Source: a virus (taxonomy: Duplodnaviria > Heunggongvirae > Uroviricota > Caudoviricetes). Taken from it: a DNA stretch of 38,984 nt. The notes below the pieces were generated by a model. The model made no database searches. It was not told the origin of the DNA and saw only the letters and a list, made by a program, of their open reading frames with translations. Positions 8,239-18,158 of this stretch are shown here, one piece after another. The stretch is from IMG/VR virus record IMGVR_UViG_2690316241_000009; one strand, given 5' to 3'. Every line of letters begins with the position of its first letter. Within the stretch, counting starts at the first letter, position 1. The position numbers and the translations under genes were made by a program.

Positions 8239-11038
8239 TATCCGGGTCGCTTTCAGCGCCGTTGACAGGCTGACCCGGCCTGCCGAAAACGCCCGCCGCC
8301 TGATGGGGCAGTTTGGTGACTCCATCCAGCGAACGCAGGGGGCGATCAAAAATCTCGAGCGTCAGGCGCGTTCATTTGAGCGCGCCCGTGACGCTGTCAG
8401 TAAAGCGGATGCGGGCATCGTGAAAGCACGACGCCAGCTTAACGCCCTTAATCAGTTACAACGCACGGGTACAGTGCTCAGCGAAAAACAACAAAAGCTG
8501 ATGCAGCAGTTAAGCACCCGGCTTGAACGCCTGAATGAATCGCGCACACGGGAAATTCAGAAAATGCGGGAACTTGGCGGAGAGCTGAAACGCCACGGCA
8601 TTTCCCTGACAGGCAGCGATAACACCATCCAGCAGGCCATCAGACGCACCGAACAGTACAACAACCAGCTTGAACGCGAACGGCAGGCGCTTGCGCGTGT
8701 AACGCGGGCGCGTGAGCGGTATTCGCGCGCGCAGGAAACCGCGGGAAAACTGAAAACAGGTGGTGCACTGGCAACAGGTGCGGCAGCGGCGGGCGGCTAT
8801 GCTGCCGGGCGTTTTTTGCAGCCCGCGATTGGGTTCGGGAAAGAGATGTCCCGCGTTCAGGCACTGACGCGAATCGACAAAAACAGCCCACAGTTTAAGG
8901 CGCTGCGTGAGCAGGCGTTAAAACTTGGCTCTGAAACGCAGTTCACCGCTGGAGATGCCGCCAGTGGACAGGCATTTCTTGCAATGGCTGGTTTTACTCC
9001 GCAGGCCATTCAGGCTGCGCTTCCCGGCGTGCTGAGCATGGCAACGGCTGGCGGTATGGATCTCGGCGAGACGGCGGATATTGGCTCAAATATCCTGACG
9101 CAGTTCGGCCTCTCTGCTGACCAGATGGACCGGGTTGGCGACACGCTTACAGCGGCGTTTACCCGTACCAACACTGACCTTCGCGCGCTGGGCGAAACCA
9201 TGAAATATGCAGGTCCGGTGGCGGGTAAGCTGGGAATATCGCTGGAGCAGGCCGCTGCGATGGCGGGCGTGCTGGCGAATATGGGCATCAGAGGGAGTGA
9301 TGCCGGGACGGCAATGCGTGCCAGCCTGGCTCGTCTGGCATCACCGCCAAAGGCGGCAGCAGAGGCGCTGAAAGAGCTGGGTGTGGCTGTCTCTGACGCG
9401 AACGGCAAAATGCGCCCGATGGAGGATGTACTGGCCGACCTTTATAAAGCCACCCGCAAATACGGGGAAGTTGACCGGGTATCGTTCTTTAAGGACATTG
9501 CCGGAGAAGAGGCTTTCACATCGTTTATGGCGCTCGTTGATGCAGCGGGTGACGGCTCCTTACCCAAACTGAGAAAAGAACTTGAAGGCGCGCGCGGTGA
9601 GGCTGAACGCACAGCAAAGGTTATGGACAACAACCTTGACGGCGATCTGAAATCACTCGGCAGTGCATGGGAAGGGTTGCGCATCCGCATTGCAGATCTG
9701 ATTGACGGTCCGCTGCGTTCTGTCACGCAGTGGCTCACGCGGGTGGTATCAAAGGTGACGGCGCTGGCGCAGGCCCATCCGGCACTGACGCGCCAGCTAC
9801 TGATTGCAGGTGGGGCATTGCTGGCGATGACTGCAACGGTCGGCTCGTTGTCGTTGGCTATTGGTGTGCTTGCTGGCCCGCTGGCAAAACTGCGTCTTGG
9901 CTTTTCCCTCCTGACCGGATCAATGAATGCTGTCAGGCTCCTGCCAGCACTATGGGGAATGGTGACGGGTTCCGTTTCGTTACTGGGGGGCGCTATCGGG
10001 GCGCTGTTCAGCCCGGTCGGATTGATTGCTGCTGCGTTTGTGGCTGCGGCGGTTCTCATCTGGAAATACTGGGAACCCATCAAGGCGTTTTATGCAGGGG
10101 TGTTCAGTGGGATTATGGAACGGCTGGCTCCGTTGCGCGAAACCTTTGAACGGTTCGGTCCAGTTTTTGATGTCGTGCGCGATGGGATTATTCAGGTCTT
10201 TAACTGGTTTAAATCGCTGCTGTCACCGATGGAGTCCAGCAAGGAAACGCTGGATAAATGTACCAGTGCTGGCGAGGTATTCGGCAGGGTACTCGGTGGA
10301 GCGATAGAGCTTGTCCTGACGCCAACAAAAGCATTGATGGATTCACTGGCGTGGATACTTGAAAAGCTCGGAGTGCTTCCGGATGAAGCGGAACGGGCGA
10401 GAAAGAAAATAGAGAACGCTTCAAAGGCTCCTGTAATGTGGGAATGGGATCCGGTTCTCAAGAAAATGGTTCAGAAACCATGGACTCCCGGCCCGGCCCC
10501 GTCAGATAAGGTCGACGACAAAAAAGGCGATAAACCCAGAGACAACAAACCGCTCACAGACAACAATACCGGTACGCTACGCAGACTCAGCAAAATTGCT
10601 GATAACACAGGTAAGCTGGTTGATGAGACGAAAAAACGCATTGGCCCCGGCGATATTGTCTTTAAGAACCTGCCCCGCGCACTTGCTGTTCGTGGGGAGT
10701 GGCAGGAGCGGAAGATTGCGCAGGTCAGTAAGCCTGCCCCCGCAATTACTATCACACCCGTGGTTCCGGCTCCGCTGCCTCCGGCGCTGGTCCCTGTTGT
10801 TGCGGCCAGCTCCCGCCCGGTGGCGGAGGCTATACGATCGCCAGTGGCATCAGTTCCTGCAACTTCCCGTAACCGGGAGCCTGTTGCCTCCGGATTTGGC
10901 GGTGAAATTCATGTTCATCTGCATAACGTTGTTACACAGAATCCCCGCGAACTGGCGAAACTGATTGGCGAAATGGTCAGGGCAGAAATGGAACGGCGCG
11001 CCCGTGCCGGGCGTGGCAGTTTTTACGATAAAGATTGA
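8216..11038 (+). CDS. T: Tail tape-measure protein gpT
   Basis: 940-aa protein with a coiled-coil N-terminus, a Gly/Ala-rich hydrophobic central region and a Pro-rich C-terminus, in the T position after E/E'. Confidence 0.9.
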   Translation: MQTMKTLDIRVAFSAVDRLTRPAENARRLMGQFGDSIQRTQGAIKNLERQARSFERARDAVSKADAGIVKARRQLNALNQLQRTGTVLSEKQQKLMQQLSTRLERLNESRTREIQKMRELGGELKRHGISLTGSDNTIQQAIRRTEQYNNQLERERQALARVTRARERYSRAQETAGKLKTGGALATGAAAAGGYAAGRFLQPAIGFGKEMSRVQALTRIDKNSPQFKALREQALKLGSETQFTAGDAASGQAFLAMAGFTPQAIQAALPGVLSMATAGGMDLGETADIGSNILTQFGLSADQMDRVGDTLTAAFTRTNTDLRALGETMKYAGPVAGKLGISLEQAAAMAGVLANMGIRGSDAGTAMRASLARLASPPKAAAEALKELGVAVSDANGKMRPMEDVLADLYKATRKYGEVDRVSFFKDIAGEEAFTSFMALVDAAGDGSLPKLRKELEGARGEAERTAKVMDNNLDGDLKSLGSAWEGLRIRIADLIDGPLRSVTQWLTRVVSKVTALAQAHPALTRQLLIAGGALLAMTATVGSLSLAIGVLAGPLAKLRLGFSLLTGSMNAVRLLPALWGMVTGSVSLLGGAIGALFSPVGLIAAAFVAAAVLIWKYWEPIKAFYAGVFSGIMERLAPLRETFERFGPVFDVVRDGIIQVFNWFKSLLSPMESSKETLDKCTSAGEVFGRVLGGAIELVLTPTKALMDSLAWILEKLGVLPDEAERARKKIENASKAPVMWEWDPVLKKMVQKPWTPGPAPSDKVDDKKGDKPRDNKPLTDNNTGTLRRLSKIADNTGKLVDETKKRIGPGDIVFKNLPRALAVRGEWQERKIAQVSKPAPAITITPVVPAPLPPALVPVVAASSRPVAEAIRSPVASVPATSRNREPVASGFGGEIHVHLHNVVTQNPRELAKLIGEMVRAEMERRARAGRGSFYDKD

Positions 11039-11044
11039 GGAGTC

Positions 11045-11539
11045 ATGGCCATGATGATGATCTACGGCATGTTTGTTTTTGAGCTGCGCACATTGCCGCA
11101 TCAGCAGTTACAGCAAAACAAAAGCTGGCGGCATGTGAAAAATGAACGCGTTAACCGTTCAGCAAGCTGGCAGTATATCGGCGCAGGTGATGATCGCATC
11201 GTGCTTTCCGGCGTGCTTTATCCTGAAATTACAGGTGGCGAAGTGTCGCTTTCGTTGCTGACCACGCAGGCATATACAGGACGCCCCTGGCCTCTGATTG
11301 ATGGTGTCGGGCAGATTTACGGCATGTATGTACTGACTGAAACGAATACGACCCGTTCCGAGTTTGATCGCTACGGCAAGGCGAAAAAGATAGAGTTTTC
11401 ACTGACTCTTGAACGCTGCGATGAGGATTTGCGGGAACGCCTGCAATCCTCATCGTTCAGTGATATGCTGTCCGGCTTCAAAGATAAGGTCACATCATCC
11501 CTTAACAGCGCGGCCAGCTCCGTTAAAGGGCTGTTCTGA
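11045..11539 (+). CDS. U: Tail protein gpU
   Basis: Starts MAMMMIYGMFVFEL, resembling the P2 gpU N-terminus (MMMVLGLFVF). GAGGAG Shine-Dalgarno upstream. Confidence 0.85.
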   Translation: MAMMMIYGMFVFELRTLPHQQLQQNKSWRHVKNERVNRSASWQYIGAGDDRIVLSGVLYPEITGGEVSLSLLTTQAYTGRPWPLIDGVGQIYGMYVLTETNTTRSEFDRYGKAKKIEFSLTLERCDEDLRERLQSSSFSDMLSGFKDKVTSSLNSAASSVKGLF

Positions 11540-11542
11540 TTT

Positions 11543-11584
11543 AACACAAAAACCGCTAATGGCCAGATTAGCGGTTATTTTGTT
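11543..11584. terminator. Bidirectional intrinsic terminator between U and the invertase gene
   Basis: Perfect 10-bp stem (aaccgctaat / attagcggtt) with a 6-nt loop, A-run on one side and T-rich on the other, between two convergent genes. Confidence 0.7.
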
Positions 11585-12176
11585 TACTCTTCTCAATTGT
11601 TCCACTTGATTCTCCTGCGGGGTGGTAACGATAAATTGTCGATATACCAATGCTGTAAATTATTGCCAGTTGTTTTCTGTCGTGACCGTTTTTAATCAGC
11701 CTTGCTATTTGCTCATGCTGTTCTTTTGTCAGCTTCGGTCGACGTCCGCCTGTGCGCCCCCGTGCGCGCGCTGCCGCCAGTCCGGCCAGTGTACGTTCAA
11801 CAATTAATTCACGTTCCATTTCAGCCAGGGCACCCATCACGTGGAAGAAAAAACGCCCCATTGGAGAAGATGTATCTATGCTGTCGGTCAGACTGCGAAA
11901 ATTAATCCCTCGCTCCCGTAGTTCTCCGACGAGAGAAATCAGATGTTTCATGCTTCGCCCAAGGCGATCCAGTTTCCAGACAACCAGCGTGTCACCTTTT
12001 TGAAGCTGCTTTAAAGCGCGTTTTAATCCCGGTCGGTCTGTCTTTGTTCCGCTTAATTTATCTTCAAATATTTGTTCACATCCTGCACAAACAAGAGCGT
12101 TTCGTTGCAGGTCTGTATTCTGGTCATTTGTTGATACCCTTACATAACCAATCAGCACACTGAATCTCCCGTCCAA
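11568..12176 (-). CDS. Serine-recombinase DNA invertase (Hin/Gin/Pin/Cin family)
   Basis: N-terminus LIGYVRVSTNDQNTDLQRNAL carries the catalytic Ser motif. GDTLVVWKLDRLGRS and FFFHVMGALAEMERELIVERTLAGL match Hin/Gin closely. C-terminal HTH present. Confidence 0.9.
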   Translation of the reverse strand: MDGRFSVLIGYVRVSTNDQNTDLQRNALVCAGCEQIFEDKLSGTKTDRPGLKRALKQLQKGDTLVVWKLDRLGRSMKHLISLVGELRERGINFRSLTDSIDTSSPMGRFFFHVMGALAEMERELIVERTLAGLAAARARGRTGGRRPKLTKEQHEQIARLIKNGHDRKQLAIIYSIGISTIYRYHPAGESSGTIEKSKQNNR

Positions 12177-12212
12177 AAGCGCAAATCATGCCATGCAGGC
12201 CGGAAACGGCCA

Positions 12213-12238
12213 TTATCTAAAACCTCGGTTTACAGGAA
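12213..12238. repeat. gix/hix-like 26-bp inversion site, invertase-proximal
   Basis: ttatctaaaacc-TC-ggtttacaggaa, close to the Gin/Hin crossover consensus. Reverse-complement partner at 15165..15190 matches at 24 of 26 positions. Confidence 0.8.
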
Positions 12239-12283
12239 ACGGTAAACAAGGCTGGTAACGCCGTTCAGCGTTCCGGCGATAAA

Positions 12284-13126
12284 ATGACCGGAGAACTGAA
12301 AATTGGAACGATGAATGCGCTGCGAATTTTTAATGATGCCTTCGGTCTTATTTTCCGCCGTTCAGAAGAGTCCCTTCATTTCATCCCTACGGCTGAAGGA
12401 CAAGGCGAAAACGGTGATATCGGCCCATTAAGGCCATTCGCTATAAATCTAAGAACAGGTGCTATATATGTCAGCCACGGGGCCAAAATTGAAGGAGGTC
12501 TAGCTATTGGTGCTACTGATAACGCACTGGGTGAAAACTCCATTGTTCTGGGAGATAACGACACCGGATTTAGGCAAGATGGAGATGGTATTATTAGCTT
12601 CTATTCAAATGGTTCGCGCATCGGACATATTGATGGGTTAGGATTACATCTTTATAAAGATATTGAATCTAATTGCAGCAATTTTAGATTAAAAAGTAAT
12701 TACCGCCACCACATTACATTCACCAACGAAGACGGAAGTATTCGTATGTTTTTGTGGAAAGATAACGGTGGTGATGGTGTTCATATTAATAACGGTTCAG
12801 ATGGTGGTGGTGATTTCATTTTTAAAACAGATGGGGGATTTGCGCTGGGAAGTGGTGCGCAAGTTGCGTCTAGTGGCGATATTTATGGTTCAGTGTGGGG
12901 AAACAACTGGTTAAGCACATGGCTGCATAATCATGTCGTTCGGGATATTCGTCTTGGCAGCATTGAATATAAAAACGTATGGCGCGACTACGGCTTTGGC
13001 GATGCGTCAGGTTATGTTTTAACAGCCGCAATTAACGGCAATGCGGATGATCTTGTCGACACTGTTGCCAGAAGGCCAATTCAGAAATTGATTGGGGGAA
13101 TATGGTACAACGTGGGGAGTGTTTAA
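12284..13126 (+). CDS. Alternative tail-fibre C-terminal cassette (silent in this orientation)
   Basis: The frame is open back to the crossover site and encodes ...LGLQETVNKAG..., paralleling ...LGLQETVNQAS... in H. C-terminus ([18 protein letters not shown]) resembles the H C-terminus. No promoter or N-terminus of its own. Confidence 0.7.
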   Translation: MTGELKIGTMNALRIFNDAFGLIFRRSEESLHFIPTAEGQGENGDIGPLRPFAINLRTGAIYVSHGAKIEGGLAIGATDNALGENSIVLGDNDTGFRQDGDGIISFYSNGSRIGHIDGLGLHLYKDIESNCSNFRLKSNYRHHITFTNEDGSIRMFLWKDNGGDGVHINNGSDGGGDFIFKTDGGFALGSGAQVASSGDIYGSVWGNNWLSTWLHNHVVRDIRLGSIEYKNVWRDYGFGDASGYVLTAAINGNADDLVDTVARRPIQKLIGGIWYNVGSV

Positions 13127-13127
13127 G

Positions 13128-13655
13128 ATGATGCACTTAAAAAATATTACTGCTGGCAACCCTAAAACAAAAGAACAATACCAGCTAACTGAAAAAGCGG
13201 GCGTGGTATGGCTCTTTTGCGAAGATGGCAAAAACTGGTATGAGGAACAAAAGAATTTTCAGCCAGACACCATAAAAATTGCTTACGATGAGAACAACAT
13301 CATCGTTGCTGTCAGTAAAGACGTTTCAACTATTAATCCTGAAGGGCTAAGCATAGTTGAAGTTCCTGATATTACGGCAAATCGTCGCGCAGACAATAAC
13401 GGAAAATGGATGTTTCTGTATGGTAAAGTAGTAAAGAGGGAATATACAGAACAGGAACTGCAACAACAGGCCGAATCACAAAAGGCCGCGTTGCTTTCTG
13501 AAGCAGAAAGCGTTATTCAGCCACTGGAACGCGCTGTCAGGCTGAACATGGCAACAGATGAGGAGCGTAGCCGACTGGAAGCATGGGAGCGCTACAGTGT
13601 TCTGGTCAGCCGTGTGGATACGGCAAATCCTGAATGGCCACAAAAGCCTGAATAA
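13128..13655 (+). CDS. Alternative tail-fibre assembly chaperone (Tfa/gpG-like)
   Basis: Starts [21 protein letters not shown], identical over about 20 residues to the other tfa and then diverging. Follows the alternative fibre cassette. Confidence 0.8.
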   Translation: MMHLKNITAGNPKTKEQYQLTEKAGVVWLFCEDGKNWYEEQKNFQPDTIKIAYDENNIIVAVSKDVSTINPEGLSIVEVPDITANRRADNNGKWMFLYGKVVKREYTEQELQQQAESQKAALLSEAESVIQPLERAVRLNMATDEERSRLEAWERYSVLVSRVDTANPEWPQKPE

Positions 13656-13683
13656 AAATTAAGGCCCGATAGCGGGCCTTGTC

Positions 13684-14217
13684 TCATTCTGGTTGTTCTG
13701 GAAACGTTACTGGCAGGCTGGAGGTGTCTGTAGATTCGACTTTCTGCGCATAGAGCATCCACTCGGTTAATTTTTGTTTATTCTCGTCGGAAATGATGCC
13801 CAGCCGTAGCTGTGAGTCCCATAGCTGGGTTTTATCCCTGACAAGTTGCAACAGGCTTTGCTTTTCATTTTCCGCCTGTTGCCTCTGCTCTTCCCCGGTA
13901 TAAGTTCGCTTTATCACTGCGCCATCTTTGAACATCCATTTACCCGAAATATCAGCCCGGCGATTTGCTGTAATATCAGGTAATTCAACGACGCTTGCGC
14001 CTTCCGGATTAATTGCTGAAACATCCTTTTCAATACAAATAATAACGCCGTTATGGTCATAGGCCATTTTCAATGTGTCTGGCCGGAAATTCTTTTGTTC
14101 CTCATACCAGTTTTTTCCATCATCTGAATAAAGCCATTTGATGTTAAATTGCTTTGTTAGCTGGTATTGCTCTTTTGTTTTAGGATTGCCAGCAGTAATG
14201 TTTTTTAAGTGCATCAT
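13684..14217 (-). CDS. G: Tail-fibre assembly chaperone (Tfa/gpG-like), currently expressed orientation
   Basis: Starts [22 protein letters not shown] and lies immediately downstream of H on the same strand. Confidence 0.85.
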   Translation of the reverse strand: MMHLKNITAGNPKTKEQYQLTKQFNIKWLYSDDGKNWYEEQKNFRPDTLKMAYDHNGVIICIEKDVSAINPEGASVVELPDITANRRADISGKWMFKDGAVIKRTYTGEEQRQQAENEKQSLLQLVRDKTQLWDSQLRLGIISDENKQKLTEWMLYAQKVESTDTSSLPVTFPEQPE

Positions 14218-14219
14218 AA

Positions 14220-16310
14220 TTAAATACTCCCTGCGTTATACCACGTTCCATTAATGCAATACTGAATTGGCCTTGCCTGAGTTGTATCAATTAATTCATC
14301 ACGGTTTCCGTTAACTGAACCAGTAACGACATAACCTGACCTGTCAGACCAGCCAGGACCATTCCATGTCTGAACAGATGACAGACCGCCAAGGCGAATA
14401 CCTGTAATAAACCTTGAGTTACATTCTGCCTGCGTATATGCACCAACATCTCCCGCAGAGGGTTTGCGTGTTGTGGTGTAAAACTCTGACCAGTTAGCTT
14501 CAAAGCCATAACCATCACGCGCTGAACGATAAAAGATACCGCCATTTCTGTAATTCACGCGGAACTGTACAGCAGGGCAACTCCCCGCATTCATATTAAA
14601 GTGGAGGATTAATGTCGATGCGCCACTGATATCTGCATTATAAACGCCGCTATTCCAGTTCCAGCCAACAGCTTTATCATTTGCAACCCTGCTTCCTGTT
14701 TGCCCTAAAGCAAATGCAGGCTGCTGGTTTTTCGTGTTGTAGTCTCGTCGCCAGCCAGGAGCGTAAGCATCACCATGATTAATATAAGTGAATTGAGCGT
14801 TAGTGATTCCGCCGCCGCTGGACGTACTCGGCGTGGTAACGCGTATGGTCATTGCGCCGCGAGTGCCAATAACTTCCACCACAGCACCTGCAAGACAAAT
14901 ATTTCCGCAACCTGTATCTGTAATGACCTTATTGTTTGCATAAGCCCATGAGCCTTTGCACATCCAGTAAGGATGGTTAAATGCTCCCTGACTCTCCAGC
15001 CACGAAATAAATTGCGCGGTTGTCCAGACCTGACTATCACCACCAATATTCAGCCATGCGCTATATGCGCGGCAGGCACCAATATTTTTGGTGAAGGTAT
15101 CTTTTCCTGGAATATCTGCGCCGTTCTGGTTTTTCTGTAATGCGCCAGAAGCCTGATTTACCGTTTCCTGTAAACCGAGGTATTCGATAACAGCGGCAAC
15201 GGTCGATTTCGCAAGAATATCCCGCCCGACTTCTGTCAGGGTTGCCAAACTGGCAACGTCATTCCCCGTAAAATACGGAAACCTGTCTGCCGCAGTAACA
15301 AGCCCGGCCAGCGCCGTCAGGGTGGCATCTTTCGGTTGCTTACCCGCAAGCGCGTTAGTCATGGTGGTCGCAAAATTCGGGTCATTGCCCAGCGCCGCAG
15401 CCAGTTCGCTCAGCGTGTTTAGTGCATCAGGTGACGAATCTACAAGTGCGGCAATCGCGGCCATAACGAAAGCCGTGCTTGCGATCTGGGTACTATTAGT
15501 CCCCTGTGGCGCTGTTGGTGTTGTTGGCGTTCCGGTCAGTGCCGGGCTGTTTAATGGTGCTTTCTTGTTCGTTTCATCCATTACCGCCTTAACAGCTTTT
15601 GGTGTTGCTGCCAGCGTTTCAGACGTGCTGTTCGTGGCGCTACTGAGCTGAACAATCCCTTTTTGTGTTGTGGTGGCGTTCTGGGCGGTATATTTCCCGT
15701 CAGCCAGGTCATATGCAGCCTTAACTGCTTTCGGTGTTGCGGCCAGTGTTTCTGATTCACTGTTAATTGCACTGCTTAACTGAGTAAAACCTTTTGCGGT
15801 CAGCGAGGCGTCCGGGTGATGTCGTGACTGTTCGTGCTCTGAGATTTTATCATCCACATATTTGCGGGTTGCCAGAACCACAGACGGGTCGATTTTCAGC
15901 GTGATGGCTTCGGTGTTCGTGACAACCAGAATCATGCGGATAGTCTGGGTACGACCACTGCCTTCCTGCAACTGCGGTTTGTACGTTTCCGGGCAGTTTG
16001 CCACCGCAATGAGTACACCTTCATCATCATAAAGACCAATCTCACGGATCCAGAATCCTCCCTCGTTTTCAGGGATGATTTGCTCCGCAATAATCTGGCT
16101 CTGATTGTTAGGGTCAACACTCAGAAGATTCAGCGGTGCAATGCGTTTCTGGTTAATCAGTTTTGTTTGTGCAGGGTCTGGTGTTGGTAACACACCATTT
16201 GCATCACCAACGGCCATTTGCGTCAGATTCAGCTTACTGCCGAGCATCGTCGCGTTAGCCAGTCGTGCCGCGCCCTGATTAGTCAGAATGGCGTAGTATT
16301 TCACTGTCAT
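14220..16310 (-). CDS. H: Tail fibre protein gpH
   Basis: 696-aa protein; N-terminal third resembles P2 H and contains tandem tail-fibre repeats. The variable C-terminal part (from about residue 374) lies inside the invertible segment. Confidence 0.9.
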   Translation of the reverse strand: MTVKYYAILTNQGAARLANATMLGSKLNLTQMAVGDANGVLPTPDPAQTKLINQKRIAPLNLLSVDPNNQSQIIAEQIIPENEGGFWIREIGLYDDEGVLIAVANCPETYKPQLQEGSGRTQTIRMILVVTNTEAITLKIDPSVVLATRKYVDDKISEHEQSRHHPDASLTAKGFTQLSSAINSESETLAATPKAVKAAYDLADGKYTAQNATTTQKGIVQLSSATNSTSETLAATPKAVKAVMDETNKKAPLNSPALTGTPTTPTAPQGTNSTQIASTAFVMAAIAALVDSSPDALNTLSELAAALGNDPNFATTMTNALAGKQPKDATLTALAGLVTAADRFPYFTGNDVASLATLTEVGRDILAKSTVAAVIEYLGLQETVNQASGALQKNQNGADIPGKDTFTKNIGACRAYSAWLNIGGDSQVWTTAQFISWLESQGAFNHPYWMCKGSWAYANNKVITDTGCGNICLAGAVVEVIGTRGAMTIRVTTPSTSSGGGITNAQFTYINHGDAYAPGWRRDYNTKNQQPAFALGQTGSRVANDKAVGWNWNSGVYNADISGASTLILHFNMNAGSCPAVQFRVNYRNGGIFYRSARDGYGFEANWSEFYTTTRKPSAGDVGAYTQAECNSRFITGIRLGGLSSVQTWNGPGWSDRSGYVVTGSVNGNRDELIDTTQARPIQYCINGTWYNAGSI
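15165..15190. repeat. gix/hix-like 26-bp inversion site inside H
   Basis: ttcctgtaaacc-GA-ggtattcgataa on the plus strand; the inner half and centre are identical to the reverse complement of site 12213..12238. It encodes IEYLGLQE in H. Confidence 0.8.
15584..15791. repeat. Tandem ~132-bp coding repeat inside H
   Basis: Two copies encoding G(F/I)(T/V)QLSSA..SETLAATPKAVKA.. (residues ~174-250), a known tail-fibre repeat type. Confidence 0.6.
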
Positions 16311-16915
16311 GCGTTTACTCTCAGATTATCAATTAAATGAATGGCCGGGGCAGGGAAATAGTCCCCTTCGACAATAATGGACTCCGGGGTGTAGGGATAA
16401 ACCGTCAGGGCATCGCCGTGATAGCATCCCGTACCAACGAAAATCTTTCCGTTCACACTCAGGCTGATCGCCAGCCCCGTCAGATGGCGACTTACTGGTT
16501 TTGCATCCGCAATAAGGCGCTCAAGTTCCTGATACATTTCATCGGTGATGCCCTGATCAAGTACTCCGACAACAATGCGAAATGTTCCCGGCTCCTCGTT
16601 GAGTTGCCACCACTCCTTTACTTCAATCAGGTAACCGAGAGGCTCCACGGCTCTTCGCAGTGCGCTGATGGTCCCTTTGTGTCGGTGTATCAGCCATGCA
16701 TCACGAATCACCTGTCGCTTTGTCTCTTCCGGCCAGTTGCGATCCCAGCGGTCAACGGAAAACGCCCAGGCGAGATAAGGCAGCAGATGCACCGGGCAGG
16801 TGTCCGGCGACCACAGCGTGTTGAGGTCTACCGGAATGTCTGTAATGCGTGTTCCGACGGCTTCGGCACAACGCATGAAATTGCTGGCTGATGGTGGTAA
16901 CAACGAATTACTCAT
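16307..16915 (-). CDS. I: Baseplate assembly protein gpI
   Basis: Sits between J and H as in P2. Start taken at MSNSLLPP, which overlaps the J stop. Confidence 0.8.
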   Translation of the reverse strand: MSNSLLPPSASNFMRCAEAVGTRITDIPVDLNTLWSPDTCPVHLLPYLAWAFSVDRWDRNWPEETKRQVIRDAWLIHRHKGTISALRRAVEPLGYLIEVKEWWQLNEEPGTFRIVVGVLDQGITDEMYQELERLIADAKPVSRHLTGLAISLSVNGKIFVGTGCYHGDALTVYPYTPESIIVEGDYFPAPAIHLIDNLRVNA

Positions 16916-17804
16916 TGCGCCCACCTTCGCTGATGGTGAATGACTCACAGCGCGCCGCCTGTATGTCGCTGATGGCCATATTCTGTGTGGGTTCGATTAT
17001 CTCCACGCGTTGCACACCGTGCACATGCAGTGCGGCAGCAATGGCGGACAACGCCACGTCCTGACCGATAAGCCCCTGCTCAGCCAGCCACTTCCTGAAC
17101 GACGATTCAGCCGCGGCCAGAATAGGTTCGGATTCCGGGCCGGGGTAAAAGTACAGTTTTGCATTCAGCCGCCATGTCACGATTCTGGCGCTCTGTACGG
17201 TCAGGCGGTCGGCCACCGGACGGGTATCCTCTGCATTCAGAACGGCGCGAACGGTATTAAGCAACGCCTCCGTTGCTGTGCCGTCGCCTTCAGTGGACAG
17301 AATGGAAACCGTCACACAGGCCGGAGACGGGCTGATGGCCCGCGCATCACGCACCAGACCGCTGGCGCTGCGTGCAAAATACTCGTATGCACCTGACGGG
17401 CCAGCAACACTCAGGCCATCGTACGCCCGCTGTGCCCGCAGTCTCAGCGAGGTGTCACTTTCCATCACTGCGTCGGTGGTATCCGTTGCCGGAGTGATGG
17501 TCAGGCGCTTTGTGTTCATATTGCCCGCGAGGTTGTCCAGGTCTGTCCCGGCGCTGTGGCTTAACATGCAGGCGCGTGCCCCCTCATTGACCCGCTGGCG
17601 TAACAGCATTTCACGAAACGCTGTTGTCTGGGCGATAACGTTCAGGGGTTCCGATTCCAGCTCCAGCGCGGCGGAGACGGCTTCACGCTGTTCGGCGGGA
17701 TAAGCCGCAATCATCATGGCCTTTGTGTCAGCCAGAATTGCCTCAAAGTCAGGCTCCGCGATGATGGCGGGTTCCGGTAACTGGGAAAGGTCAACGGCGG
17801 GCAT
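16908..17804 (-). CDS. J: Baseplate protein gpJ
   Basis: 298-aa protein in the conserved V-W-J-I order; size matches P2 J (~302 aa). Confidence 0.85.
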   Translation of the reverse strand: MPAVDLSQLPEPAIIAEPDFEAILADTKAMMIAAYPAEQREAVSAALELESEPLNVIAQTTAFREMLLRQRVNEGARACMLSHSAGTDLDNLAGNMNTKRLTITPATDTTDAVMESDTSLRLRAQRAYDGLSVAGPSGAYEYFARSASGLVRDARAISPSPACVTVSILSTEGDGTATEALLNTVRAVLNAEDTRPVADRLTVQSARIVTWRLNAKLYFYPGPESEPILAAAESSFRKWLAEQGLIGQDVALSAIAAALHVHGVQRVEIIEPTQNMAISDIQAARCESFTISEGGRNE

Positions 17805-17807
17805 GAT

Positions 17808-18158
17808 TTACTCCTTCAGCGTGATGGTTAACTCAACATTCTGCATGGTCTGCATGACAGTGCCCGACAGCGTCACCCCGGCGCGGCCTCCCGCTTTCCA
17901 GACAACGTCGATGGCGTCCAGGGCAATGCGGGGTTCCCATCGTGTCAGCGCAATCACGGCAGCACTCATGCATTGCAGACGAGTTGTGTTATTCATGGGT
18001 TCGTCAATCAAATCAGGCACAAGGCTGCCATATTCCCGTCGCATAACCCGGCTTGCCAGCGGGGTGATCAGGATGTCCCTGACTGACTGTTTCAGGTGCT
18101 CCATATCGTTCAGGTTTCCCGTCCCGTCCGGATTCATTCCTGTGTAGCGGGTTGTCAC
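17808..18158 (-). CDS. W: Baseplate wedge protein gpW
   Basis: 116-aa protein in the W position between V and J, matching P2 W in size. Confidence 0.85.
   Translation of the reverse strand: MTTRYTGMNPDGTGNLNDMEHLKQSVRDILITPLASRVMRREYGSLVPDLIDEPMNNTTRLQCMSAAVIALTRWEPRIALDAIDVVWKAGGRAGVTLSGTVMQTMQNVELTITLKE

Larger units (their letters stand above)
12213..15190. mobile_element. Invertible tail-fibre segment (~3 kb, Mu G-segment-like)
   Basis: Bounded by the two inverted 26-bp sites. Contains two alternative fibre C-termini and two tfa chaperones in opposite orientations, with the invertase gene directly outside. Confidence 0.8.

Noticed and set aside
9442-10083. 213-aa minus-strand ORF and other long antisense ORFs inside the tape-measure gene
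   Set aside because: They are nested in gpT on the opposite strand. Tape-measure genes are GC-rich and repetitive and routinely give spurious antisense ORFs.
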